64,000 bases of DNA, taken from Chrysomallon squamiferum. Its lineage: Eukaryota > Animalia > Mollusca. A program made the position numbers and the translations under genes. Positions 51,843 to 64,000 of this stretch are shown piece by piece. The notes under the pieces are model-generated. The model ran no database searches. It was given only the letters and a program-made list of their open reading frames with translations, and was not told where the DNA came from. The DNA lies in assembly GCA_012295275.1 (NCBI GenBank), contig CM022668.1, positions 2,294,001-2,358,000 of the forward strand. The letters run 5' to 3'. How positions within the stretch are numbered: the stretch's first letter is position 1; each line of letters starts with the position of its first letter.

Positions 51843-54534
51843 ACAAATACTTATATTACATACACAGAGTACAACAAATATCTCACCTCACTGCAAACAT
51901 TCATATTTAATTTTTATTTATTTCCTTTTTATGTTTTTCAAGATTTTAAACTTAAAATGAAAATTAAAAAAATTAAAAGAAATGTTATGATTAAGACCTT
52001 TTGTAAAAAAAAGCTGAATAAATTTTAGATTATTTATTTACAATTTTTTTTATTGCAGTTAAAAAAATAATGTGTATATATACATATATGTATAAAAACT
52101 AGGATAAACACACACACACATACACACAGACAGACACACATTAATTATATTCCTATGATTAGACACATTTTATCTTTTAAAGTAAAAAAAAAAATAGATC
52201 TATTAAAGAAAAAAAAGAATTCATTCAAACTGTTTCATTCAGCTCACTATTTATGTTCATTTTTAAGTTTTTTACTCGCCATTTTATAAATTAAGAAACA
52301 AAATAAATTAAAAATATTAAGACTGCCATAAAATAAGCATTGAAAAACCATTGAAAAATGTTGCATTGAGAAGTATTTGAATAAAAACACTTAATATTTC
52401 ATTTACAACAATAAAATTTAGTTTCTAGTATTAGAAAAGAAAATGAAACAAATAAATAAACAACTTTTAGGATAAATGTTTCTGCACTCAGTAATAGTTT
52501 ATTTTTTATTTACAGTTTTTTTTTTAAAGTTAATACAAAAAAAGTGGAATTAAAAAAACATTTTGTTTGTTAATTTTTTTTCTTTTCTTTTTCTTTTTTT
52601 CCTTTTTTCACTTAAAATATGCTAATAAATAAATGAAGATTAATTTAGAAGTAAAATAAACAGACTTAATCATGAAAAAATCAGCTATAAATTGTATGAG
52701 TAAAATAAATGAGGAGTTTGTATTAAATAAATTAACTGTAGATTAAGTTACTGTTAATTATTTAATTAGTTACTTAATTAACTTGTTTATTTATTTAGAT
52801 TCTATTTTTATTTTATTTTTTTTATTTTATTTATTTATTTATTAAGTATTTTTGTGACCTTGCTGATTTAATATAAACATCTTAAAATAAAACTGGAAGA
52901 ATTAGTCAAAAATATTAATAAATTTAGCACAGTGATGAAACAACAGAGGTGAATATTAAGTGAATAAATAAACAGAAAATTAAAGAAAACTGTCCGAAAG
53001 AAAAACATTTTTAAAACCAGACATTTATTTCTGCTGATTTATATTTGGCTTTTCATTTTAAACGTGGCATTTCTTGCTTTTAAATTCTTCAGAATTAAAA
53101 ACAAGAACACTTTTTAGCAGCAGTTTGTCACAAACTGGTTTTGAAGTTGATAGTTTTAAGTCTAATTCTGGCAAACATTTACTTTCCTACACACATTAAA
53201 ACTCAGACTAAGTCAAGTTTTATGTTTTTATTTTCTTTGTGAATTTTCCCCACAGAAAATTTGTCTTGATTACTTCAGTAGTTTAGGTTAATATTTGAAA
53301 TAAGACAACACTAAAGTTTTCTCTTAAAGTAAATTAATCATCTGAATTTTAAAACTAACGTTTAGCATTTTGAATAATGTCTAAATAAAAAGTTTTGATA
53401 TTTTATGGTTGTGTTAATAATTGTTTTAGTTTAGTTGGGAATGGGGAATAATATATTATTTGAATAGCAGAAAGTTATTGTCATTAAAGTTTCAATTTGA
53501 AAGAAGTTTTTGAAGTAAATGTTTATTTAAAATTTAAAAGAATTTGAAATTTTCAAAAACTAGTTTGAAAAGTTAATTACTTCAATTATTTCAGTTTGTA
53601 AAAAGAAATAATTAATCTTTGATACGGGAATATTTCTGATTCTTGAATTTGTAAATTAGCTAATATTTAAATTTTTATTTATTTATTTTTTTATTATTAT
53701 TATTTTTTTAAATGGTAGGCATATTTGAAATTGTTTATATATTTTATTTATAGTGAAATTAGAAAACTGGATGAGGTTAAATATCAGAATGTGTCTGTGT
53801 GTCTGTGTGTGTGTCTGTGTATGTGTGTGTATGTATGTATGTGTGTGTGTCTGCGTATGTCTATATTTTTGTATATTTATGTGTCTGTGTGTGTTTGTTT
53901 ATTTATAAGTATATTTATTTTGTATATATTTATATTAGTTTATATATATGTGTATGTGTCCATGTGTATGTTTTTGTGTGTACATGTATGGATGTAGTTG
54001 TATGTGTATGTGAGTGTGTGTGTGTGTATGTGTGTGAGATAAGGAAATAAAAAAACGTGTATCTGTGTAGCTGATATTTGCTGTGTATCAACCATTCTGT
54101 TTGCAAAGTGATAAAAATCATAAACTGTATTAATATTTCCAAATCTACAAGATGTTTTATTTCTCAGTTTTACTGTCAGTCATTTTATACTGATTTTACA
54201 AAACACATTTCTGCCATCTTGTGTGTTACCTGGAATTGTAAAATCATCTTACAACTTGTGTTTAAATGAGTTTTGTTTCTTCAGTCATTCTGGGGTGCAG
54301 CTGACAGAAAAGTGAAAACTTTTTCTTCTTTGATAATTTGCCAAATCAAGCTTTAACCCGACAACTTCACTAATAACTGCCATTGCTAAGTGTGACCCGT
54401 TTCATCAAAAGGTACCTAAAGGCAGCAGTGTTGACATGGAGAAAATTGTTAAATCTCTGTTTGAAAATTTGATTTATGAGTTTATTTTGTAATTATTATT
54501 ATTATTATTAATATTATTATTATTATTAGTAGTT

Positions 54535-54586
<52 letters not shown>

Positions 54587-54632
54587 TTTTTTATTATTAT
54601 TCAAGTAGACTGAGGTAAAATTGGTATAGAAA

Positions 54633-54663
<31 letters not shown>

Positions 54664-54944
54664 TATATATAAAAAATTAAATAAAATAAAATATAATATT
54701 AAATCCATAAATAAAACTAATAAAAAATCATCATAATAATTATAATAATAAATTAAAAATGAAAACAACACAGAATCCTCAGTTAACATTTTCTAAGTCC
54801 TGAACTTAAGGTGTGTTTTCATGAGGCTGGTCACAAAATGTAGAAACAGACAAAAGTACTTGGTAGATTCTCATCCTGGTCAAAACAAACACTGCTCATT
54901 GTGATTGACAAAAACAGAACCAGCTGTTTGGAAGATATTCTCAC

Positions 54945-54996
54945 AAAGGTCAAGGTGCTTTTCACAAAGGTCAAGATGATTTTCTGAAAGGTCAAG
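54945..54996 (+). promoter_or_regulatory. Three AAAGGTCAAG nuclear-receptor half-sites at 21-bp spacing
   Basis: Located at 54945-54954, 54966-54975 and 54987-54996. Confidence 0.45.
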
Positions 54997-55069
54997 TTAA
55001 AAACAAAATTATGACATTATAGAACTTGAAATCTCTCTCTCACCCACACACACCCCCACACACACTGAC

Positions 55070-55125
<56 letters not shown>

Positions 55126-55551
55126 ATACACCCACATCCCCACACACTGACACACCCACACCCATACCCACACACACTAAGAGAATATATTCATGTCAAG
55201 TTAGAGTGAACATTATTAAAATCTGTTTGTTTTTGCTGTTATTATTATTATTTAATTATTTATTTATTTATTCATTTTTGACATGATAAAATCAAAATAA
55301 ACAAATACTGGTTCATAATTTGGAGGAATTTGATTTATTTATTTTATTTTCTGTGTATATGTGTGTTCTTTGTTTGTTTGTTTGTTAGTTTATTTATTTA
55401 TTTATTTATTTTTATTTATTTATTTTTTAGTTATTTATTTATTTATTTATTTATTTATTTTCAGAAGTTTTGTTCCTTATGATGTCATTGATGTGCAAGA
55501 ATCATTAGAGAAAAAAAGAAAATAAATACTGGTGAGTACTTTTACTGTATT

Positions 55552-55620
<69 letters not shown>

Positions 55621-55719
55621 TATTGCATGTTTGTATATCTGTATGTGTAAATGTACTTCATATTGTGGATCTGTTTTCTACATATTATCATGTTCAGTGT
55701 TACTATGGAAGTTTGATAT

Positions 55720-55885
55720 TGTTAGCCCATTGGTTAGAGTGTGCAACTGACAAACTTCACATTGCAGGATCAAACCTTATTAGTAGACAAACTCTGTATA
55801 TCCAGTTCCAACCACTGGTTTAATCAGAGCTGCACTCTCCTGTGTCTGACATATTTATTACTGCTAAAAGTGAAAAAAGAGCTTG
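55720..55885 (+). mobile_element. Degenerate tRNA-derived SINE remnant
   Basis: A-box TAGCCCATTGG at 55723-55733, B-box GGATCAAACC at 55767-55776, then a GTTCCAACCACTGG segment. Confidence 0.5.
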
Positions 55886-56262
55886 TCATTTTCAGTTATA
55901 CATGGCATACTGTAGATAAAAACATTTTTCTTTTACAAACTGAAACAACTGAACATTTCTTACATTTTTAAATGTTTTTTTTCTCTCTCACTGAACTACT
56001 AAAAATATTTTAAAATAATATTTGTGACTTTTATATTTTTTTTATATTTGTGCTGTGCAGGTTTAAAAGCACGTTTGCAGTATCATTCTGTGTAGACTTT
56101 GTACTTGCCTGTCATTTTAAAATTATTTTGTGTTTTAAATCCTAATTCTAAGTGACAAGCTGAAGTAATTATATGTGACAGTTCTCTGATATAGATTTAA
56201 AAAACGTATGTCATGTGATGTAAGAAACAGTGAGAGAAAGACAGAAAGACAAATAGACAGAA

Positions 56263-56314
<52 letters not shown>

Positions 56315-56405
56315 TAAAGATGTTTGTATCACTCTGTAGGTGTTTTTAAGTCTTTAACACTGTCTGCTAAAAGCCATTTCTCCTCTGTCTGATTTTTTCA
56401 TTTTT

Positions 56406-56469
<64 letters not shown>

Positions 56470-56619
56470 ATACAAACACACATATTCTATATGTTTCTAT
56501 CTCAGTCTCTCTCTCCTTGTTTTTCTACTTTCTGTCTCTTACTCAATCTCTCATTTTCTTTCTTTCTCATTCTCGTTATTTTCATCTCACTGTTTTGTTC
56601 ATACATTCATACAGAGATA

Positions 56620-56726
56620 GACACATGCATACATACATACACACGAACAGACACCTGCTATCACTTACATACACACACAGAGACCTACACACACACATAC
56701 ACACATACACACACATACACACATAC

Positions 56727-56782
<56 letters not shown>

Positions 56783-56956
56783 ACACACACACACATATAC
56801 CTACACATACACATACACACACACACATACACACATATACCTACACACACACATACACATACACACACACACACACCTACACACACACACACATATACCT
56901 ACACACACACATACACATACACATACACACACATACACACACACACACACATATAC

Positions 56957-56994
<38 letters not shown>

Positions 56995-57044
56995 CTACAC
57001 ATACACATACACACACACACACATACACACATATACCTACACAC

Positions 57045-57095
<51 letters not shown>
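56620..57095. repeat. (CA)n-rich compound microsatellite
   Basis: Direct reading. Confidence 0.95.
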
Positions 57096-57304
57096 TACCT
57101 ACATGTACCCTGACACACAGACAGATTTTTACTTTTATTTTAAAATAAAAAAGTGTTTTTATCTGTGTGTCAGTGTTATATCATCCTTTCTGTTCAAGTC
57201 CAAACCATGTTGACAGCTCCATAGAAAAAACTCAGTCATGTTTGAAAAAAAAAAAAAAAATAAAATAAAATTAAAAAAATTATTAAAAAAAAAATTAAAA
57301 AAAG

Positions 57305-57343
<39 letters not shown>

Positions 57344-58046
57344 GAGGTTAAAAAAATTGACATCAATGTTGTGAAGTGTGTGTTGGAGTACAGCTGAACC
57401 GTGTCAACATAAAAAGAGTGCCTGCGTACTGCAACAGCGTCATTCTGTGTGGCAACAACGTTTTATTTAGACACTTTTGTAAACTATATGTTCTTTATCA
57501 GTTGGAGCAGTGTGTGTTGTATTAAAATAAGAAAAGAAGGAAAGAACGAAAGTTGATGGAGAGAGAGAGAAAGAAAGAGGACTAGAAGAAAGCAAGAGAA
57601 AATTTACAGTAGTAGAGAGAGAGATGAAAGAATGAGAGAAAATAAAGAAAGGATGGTGCTTGTTACATAAAACAAAGGTTAAAACTTGGTTGGCCTTACC
57701 TGAGCAGTGAGAGAGTCAGGTAAGTTTTCACTTTGTTACAGAACAACGTACGTATGTATGGATGCCTGCTGTACACTTTGCTCTCAAAGGTCAGTTAGTG
57801 ACCAGCTCTGCTCAGATGAAGACCTTGTGTTGTAGAAATAACAAAACCTGACAGCTTCCAATCTGCAAGTCTTAGACTGGAATTTCAACTTTGACCTTGT
57901 TTTGTTTTTTTGTGTGTGTGTTGTAATTAGTTTTTGTAATGGTAAATAAAATTAAAATGGAAAAGATAATTTATTTCTCATGGATCAGATTAAAAATTAT
58001 CTCCTTGTTTTGTTTCATGCTTCACAGTTTTTATTATCTTTTATCA

Positions 58047-58079
<33 letters not shown>

Positions 58080-58210
58080 AGGTAAATTCCAAATGTTTAA
58101 ATTATTACTGAAAGATGATTATTTAGATTGGGATAAAACATCAGTCTGTTAATTTCAGATTTTTATATATTACACACCACACATACATATACAGACATCT
58201 CACACACATG

Positions 58211-58241
<31 letters not shown>

Positions 58242-58281
58242 GTATATATGTATATGTGTTTGTGTGTGTATTAATAGATAT

Positions 58282-58317
<36 letters not shown>

Positions 58318-58841
58318 ATATACATATATATTAATAAACATTACAAAATATAGACATAACGACATTTATAAAGAACAGTGACTAATAACTGTAAATTGTT
58401 ATCTGAGTTTGACACTGAATCTCTGCACTACTTGACTGTCAGTAGATACAAGCTGTATTTCACTCTGACCTATTTAATACATGTGTGTGTGTGTGTGTTT
58501 TATAATGTGATCAGGAAAATCTTTAAACAGAGGCTGACCATTTCAGCGTATCCTTGCACTGCATTCTGTGTGGCGAGACTCTGCCTGGTAGAAAAACATA
58601 ACCGTTACTCAACCTGTAGCTGTGAGCATGTGTGCCTGCATCATTGCGTGTGTGACGCCGTTGCTGCATGTGTGACAGTGTCACTGCGTGTATGACAGCG
58701 TCACTGCGTGTGTCTGTGGCCAGTTCATTCACTGGATCATATCAGCTGTGGATTTGGAAAGCTCTGATTCCAGCCGCCTCATTCAGGGATGTTTGTGTTG
58801 TGAAGTCAGACATGTCTACTTTCTGTCTTAGTGAATGGGAG

Positions 58842-59530
58842 ATTGTTTTCTACCTGTCAGCGGTAAATATATCAGTTATTGCATGTAGCGAAATATACAT
58901 TGTTTATTTCCAGTGGTAAATATATTACATATGATGAAATGTACATTGTTTTCTGCCTGTCAGTGGTAAATATATCATACGTTACATGTAGCGAAATATA
59001 CATTGTTTATTTCCAGTAGTAAATATATTACATATGATGAAATGTACATTGTTTTCTACCTGTCAGTGGTAAATATATCATATATTACATGTAGCAAAAT
59101 ATACATTGTTTATTTCCAGTAGTAAATATATTACATATGATGAAATGTACATTGTTTTCTACCAGTCAGTGGTAAATATATCATATATTACATGTAGCGA
59201 AATATACATTGTTTATTATGTGTAGTAAATATATATTACATGTAGCGAAATATACATTGTTTATTTCAAGTAGTAAATATATATTAAATACAGTGAAATA
59301 TACATTGTTCTATACCTATCAATGGTAAATGTATAATATATACATTGTTTATTACAAGAAGTAAATATGTAATATACTACATATAGTGAAATATACATTG
59401 TTTATTACAAGTAGTAAATATATTACATATAGTGATATATACATTATTTTATACAAGTAGTAAGTATATAATATATATATATAGTGAAATATACAATGTT
59501 TATTACAAGAAGTAAATATATATTAAATAT
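58842..59530. repeat. 103-bp tandem repeat built of two related subunits, decaying 3'
   Basis: ATTGTTTTCT starts at 58842, 58945, 59048 and 59151. Confidence 0.93.
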
Positions 59531-60779
59531 ATAAAACACAGGCTCGCTGAATGGTAGGTTATATACTGTTAATGTTATATGTGATAGTTTATATCTTGTT
59601 TTCTACATACTTACATCTCATACTTCAATAATGTGGATTATTTTACTGTGAATTAATTATAAGCTGCAGGAAAGAATTAAATAAAAGTCTGTTAGATCTA
59701 GGTAAATATTTTATTTTTAATTAATTTATTTCATTAATGAACTCACAGGTGTTATTCAGTTGTTCTGTGTTTACACCTGGAGTTTTCTTATCAGGTGTTG
59801 ATGTTACAAAGTGCATTCAGTGTGTGTGTGTGTGTGTGTGTGTCTGTGTGTGTGTGTGTGTGTATACACTTGTATGTGTAAATATGTATGTATATAATAT
59901 TAGATATAATATTTTTATTGTTACACACATAAGCTATATTTAATATTTCACACATATGTAATATGCATATATATTATCTATAATATTAGACATATATATA
60001 TACTGTATGATATTACACGCTTAAACTTTCTATAATGTACATATACATTATCTATAATATTACACATATATACTATTTGTAATATTTCACACATATAATA
60101 ATAATCTGTAATATTAAACAAATAGACTGTCTCGAACAGTACACATATCTTATATAAAATATATCCATATACTATCTATAATACCATTTATAAAATTACA
60201 CACATACACCATCTATAATATTACACACATATATATACTGTCTATAATACTACACACATAACATATACCATCTATAATATTACACACATACACAATCTAT
60301 AATATTACACACATAATAATCCATAATATGTGTGTAATATTAATAATCTTCCAAACATGTTAAAACATGTAGTCTGACTATAATATTACAGACATGTAAA
60401 AAATACCAATGTACGCCTATAATGCTCATATCTGTGATATTACATACACATAATTACAATGTCAGTGATACTGGACTCATGAAGAGTATTTGTGTTATAT
60501 GAAAATTAGTATTAAACACTGTAACTCAGAGTACAAGTTCAGTGGAGGTTTCTGGTTTGGTTGCTGGTGTTATTGATGCAGTATTGGTATTCTGTTTGTA
60601 ATCTGACTTGGCCCAGAAAGAAGAGAAAAAAATCAATGGATGCAGGGTTGAGCACTGTGACCTACATAGAAACACTAACACAGAGAATGGGGTCAGGGTA
60701 TTGAGGTCAGGTCAGCTTGGCTGATATAAACATGACAGGCGGGGAGAGGGGGGGTGCAGGGGAAAGTCACTGTAAATAC

Positions 60780-60902
60780 ATGAGTGTGAATGAGTGTGCT
60801 TGTGTGTATGTGTGTGTTTGTGTGTGTTTGTGTATGTGTGTGTGTGTATGTGTGCTTGTGTGTATATGTGTGTGTGTGTGTGTTTGTGTGCGTGTGTATG
60901 GA

Positions 60903-60934
<32 letters not shown>

Positions 60935-61098
60935 TGTGTGTGTATGTGTGTGTGTGTGTGTGTTTGTGTATGTATGTGTGTTTGTGTGTGTATGTGTGTG
61001 TTTGTGTGTATGTGTGTGTATGTGTTTGTGTGTGTATGTGTGAGTCTGTGTCTGTCTGTGTGTATGTATGTATGTATATGTCTATTCTGTCTATGTAT

Positions 61099-61130
<32 letters not shown>
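60780..61130. repeat. (TG)n-rich compound microsatellite
   Basis: Direct reading. Confidence 0.95.
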
Positions 61131-61593
61131 TTCTATATATGTATCTGTGGATGGTGAATCTATGTAGGCAAATAGGTACATAACACATATTGTGTGTAAT
61201 AAGTACACAGAGAGATTAACAGGTAAATATGAAATATCACATGTAGGTGATACATACAAAAGTTAAGTAACATGATTATTAATTTCAGGAATGTAACGTT
61301 ACATCGTGTGTTTGTGCTGTAACTAATTAGACTGTGTTTGACCTATTTCTGAGATTCACAGAATATCTTGTGTAACAGTGAACAATGAACTGAACAATCT
61401 AATGAAATGTGATGTAATCACCACACAGGTATTTCACCTGTCTTAGAATATTCCTGCAGACAAAGGTACTTTGTTAAAATCTCTGCTTTATTTTAAACTA
61501 TTATAATATTTTTTTCTGTCATTCCTCATATCTTTCTCTTTTTTTTTTTCTGTTTCTCTCCTTGTGTTCATTTGTATCTCTTTCCCCTTTGTT

Positions 61594-61663
<70 letters not shown>

Positions 61664-61796
61664 AAAAAAAAAAAAAATGCCATGTATAAGATTTTGTTTG
61701 TTTGGTAAGAGCACTGGTTGGATTGTGAAGACTACAGATTTATTAGATGAGCAGGTCACACTTGTTTTAGTACAAAATTAGAAATGATTTGAAAAA

Positions 61797-62127
61797 TCAC
61801 TGACAGTCTACCATATTCCATAGACAGTCCAGTGAAAATCTACAAAAATCTACTGACAGTCCACTGATAGTCCACTGACAGTCCACTGGCAACTTGCTAC
61901 AGTCCACTGACAATCCAATGACAATCTACTGACAATCCACTGACAGTCTACTGACAAACCACTGACAATCTACAAAAACCTACTGAAAATCCACTGACAA
62001 CTTTCTACAGTCTACTGACAATCCAATGACAATCTACTGACAATCCAATGACACTCTACTGACAATCCACTGACAATCTACAAAAACCTACTGAAAATCC
62101 ACTGACAATCTACTGACAGTCTACTGG
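61797..62127. repeat. 11-bp minisatellite (CCACTGACAAT/CTACTGACAGT)
   Basis: Direct reading; about 28 degenerate units. Confidence 0.9.
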
Positions 62128-62799
62128 AAGTGTGCTTCATAAATGAGGTCTGATCTGGCAGCACAGTTCACAGAGATGCACTTGAAAAGACTGGGTTTTT
62201 TTTATAATTTTTAATTGTTTTTTTATCATTTCAACTCCACACAGCTTTAAAAACTGAAATAAAAAACAAAATAAAAAATTAATTAGAGTTTTTAATGATA
62301 ACTGGGGTACAGAGAGTGTGAGACAGTCAAACTGTCAGCGTGTGTTTTTAAAAAACTCGTAAAACACATGTGTAATATATTTCATTATCACACAGAGGCA
62401 GTCAGTTCACAGGAACAGCAGAAATAAAAACATTCACTTTACTACAGGATAAATCTTTTAACTGATAGTGCAGCTAGTTCACTAGTTCTAGATCTAGATG
62501 CTCACTAGAACCTGTAGATATCACTAACATACTAACTGTAGATACTAGGATCAAATCGTGCTAAGGATTCGTACACAGAAATAGTCTGTCAGATGTAAGA
62601 TAATGATACTGACTTTTCTAACTTGCTAACATTAGTTTTTAACTGATGTCTAACATACTAACTTTAATGTCTAACATCTTAATTTTAAATGTTTTCTGTT
62701 TTGCATTACTTCCAGTTAGCAAACTAACCTTTTTGGAAATATGAATGTTGTTTGAAGTAATGTTGTATGATGAACATATTAAAATTTTATACACAAACA

Positions 62800-63115
62800 C
62801 ACACATACACTCATCTCTACATACAAATAGATATATATAATACATGTATAAATGATTATATACAGACATACATATATACACATATATACACATATACACA
62901 CACATACACTCATCTCTACATACAAATAGCTATATATATATAATACATGTATAAATGATTATATACAGACATACATATATACACACATATACACACATAT
63001 ACTCATCTCTACATACAAATAGATATATATAATACATGTATAAATGATTATATACAGACATACATATATACACACATATACACACATATACACACATATA
63101 CACACATACACACAT
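62800..63115. repeat. ~95-bp tandem triplication with variable (CA/TA) linker
   Basis: ACTCATCTCTACATACAAATAG...ATGATTATATACAGACATAC occurs three times. Confidence 0.9.
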
Positions 63116-63256
63116 CCACACAAAAACACACACACACACACATATACATATATATACACTACAAATAATTTAAAATAAATAAAATTAAACAGACATACAT
63201 ATATACAATCTTCTTTTTATTTTTTTTATTTTATACAGACAAATACACATATATAT

Positions 63257-63304
<48 letters not shown>

Positions 63305-63704
63305 AAGATCTTTCAGAAGTAAATAACAATGAAACTCCCCAGAAACAGACACACAGAAACAAAGTGTGTCATTATTTTTTTATTTTAAAAAAAAAAATAA
63401 TATATAAAAAAAAGATCCCAAACCAAACAGAACACACAAAACAGTTATCAAAACAGGAAGAACAAAAAAAAAAAAACAGAAAGAAAAAAAAAAAAAAAAA
63501 GATGTACTTCTAACTTTATGGTTGATTTTGAAAAGGAGTTGCATAAAAAAAATAATAATAAAAAAAATAAAAACGTTTATGGGTTTTAGGAAGGTGGTGA
63601 AATGTTAGATTTAAACCCGGACTAGAGACTGTTTGTGTTTGTTTTGAATTTAGTTTTATCTAAGTTTTGAATTTTGTTAGTTTTATCTAACACTGGGCCA
63701 GATT

Positions 63705-63873
63705 GTTGTTAAATACACCTTGTTAAACAAATACAGGTACAGGTTGTTAAATGCAATACAGGTACCCAGAACTGTTGTTAAATACAGGTACACAGAACTG
63801 TTGTTTGGTAAATACAGGTACACAGAACTTGTTAAATACAGGTAAATACAGGTACACAGAACTGTTGTTAAAT
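63705..63873. repeat. Degenerate ~26-bp tandem repeat
   Basis: AAATACAGGTACACAGAACTGTTGTT units. Confidence 0.85.
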
Positions 63874-64000
63874 GTTTCTATCTAGTTACCTATCTAGTTA
63901 ACTGCCTTTTTTTTTCTCTCTCTCACACCCTCTCTTTCTCTTTCTTTCTCTCTGTTTTTCCTTCCCTCACATTTTCTCTTTTTTGAGCATCTCAAAGTTT

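Noticed and set aside
55720-55790. tRNA gene (A and B boxes present)
   Set aside because: No acceptor stem or cloverleaf. Better explained as a SINE head, as are 7421, 15154 and 39978.
62470-62550. CTAG-rich stretch with palindrome TCTAGATCTAGA, possible Helitron end
   Set aside because: No GC-rich subterminal hairpin or identifiable 5' TC end.

Overview
AT-rich, CpG-depleted eukaryotic (animal) DNA, probably from a gastropod mollusc. That assignment is inferred from recalled similarity of the degenerate tRNA-derived SINEs. No recognisable protein-coding gene, RNA gene or CRISPR array is present, and the long ORFs in the track are translations of micro- and minisatellites. The window reads best as the 5' end of a + strand gene with a very large first intron. 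There is a CpG-rich first exon ending at a consensus donor (CAG|GTAAGT, 241|242), a second promoter/first-exon candidate (CCAAT, TATA-like, donor 24330|24331) and a weaker third one (31270|31271). Between these lie simple repeats, more than 15 minisatellites, old SINE remnants and short CpG-retaining islands rich in transcription-factor motifs. The most notable observations are: (1) a 14-codon uORF, MATMCGNDCRCNAC, with metallothionein-type CxxxCxCxxC spacing, whose UAG stop and the exon's splice donor fold into one exon-intron hairpin (candidate splicing or A-to-I stop-recoding switch); (2) a candidate 3-nt microexon with full splice signals at 22467-22469; (3) two perfect estrogen-response-element cores plus many nuclear-receptor sites; (4) several RFX X-boxes; (5) a ~100-nt foldback element. 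All functional interpretations are inferences that need transcript data.
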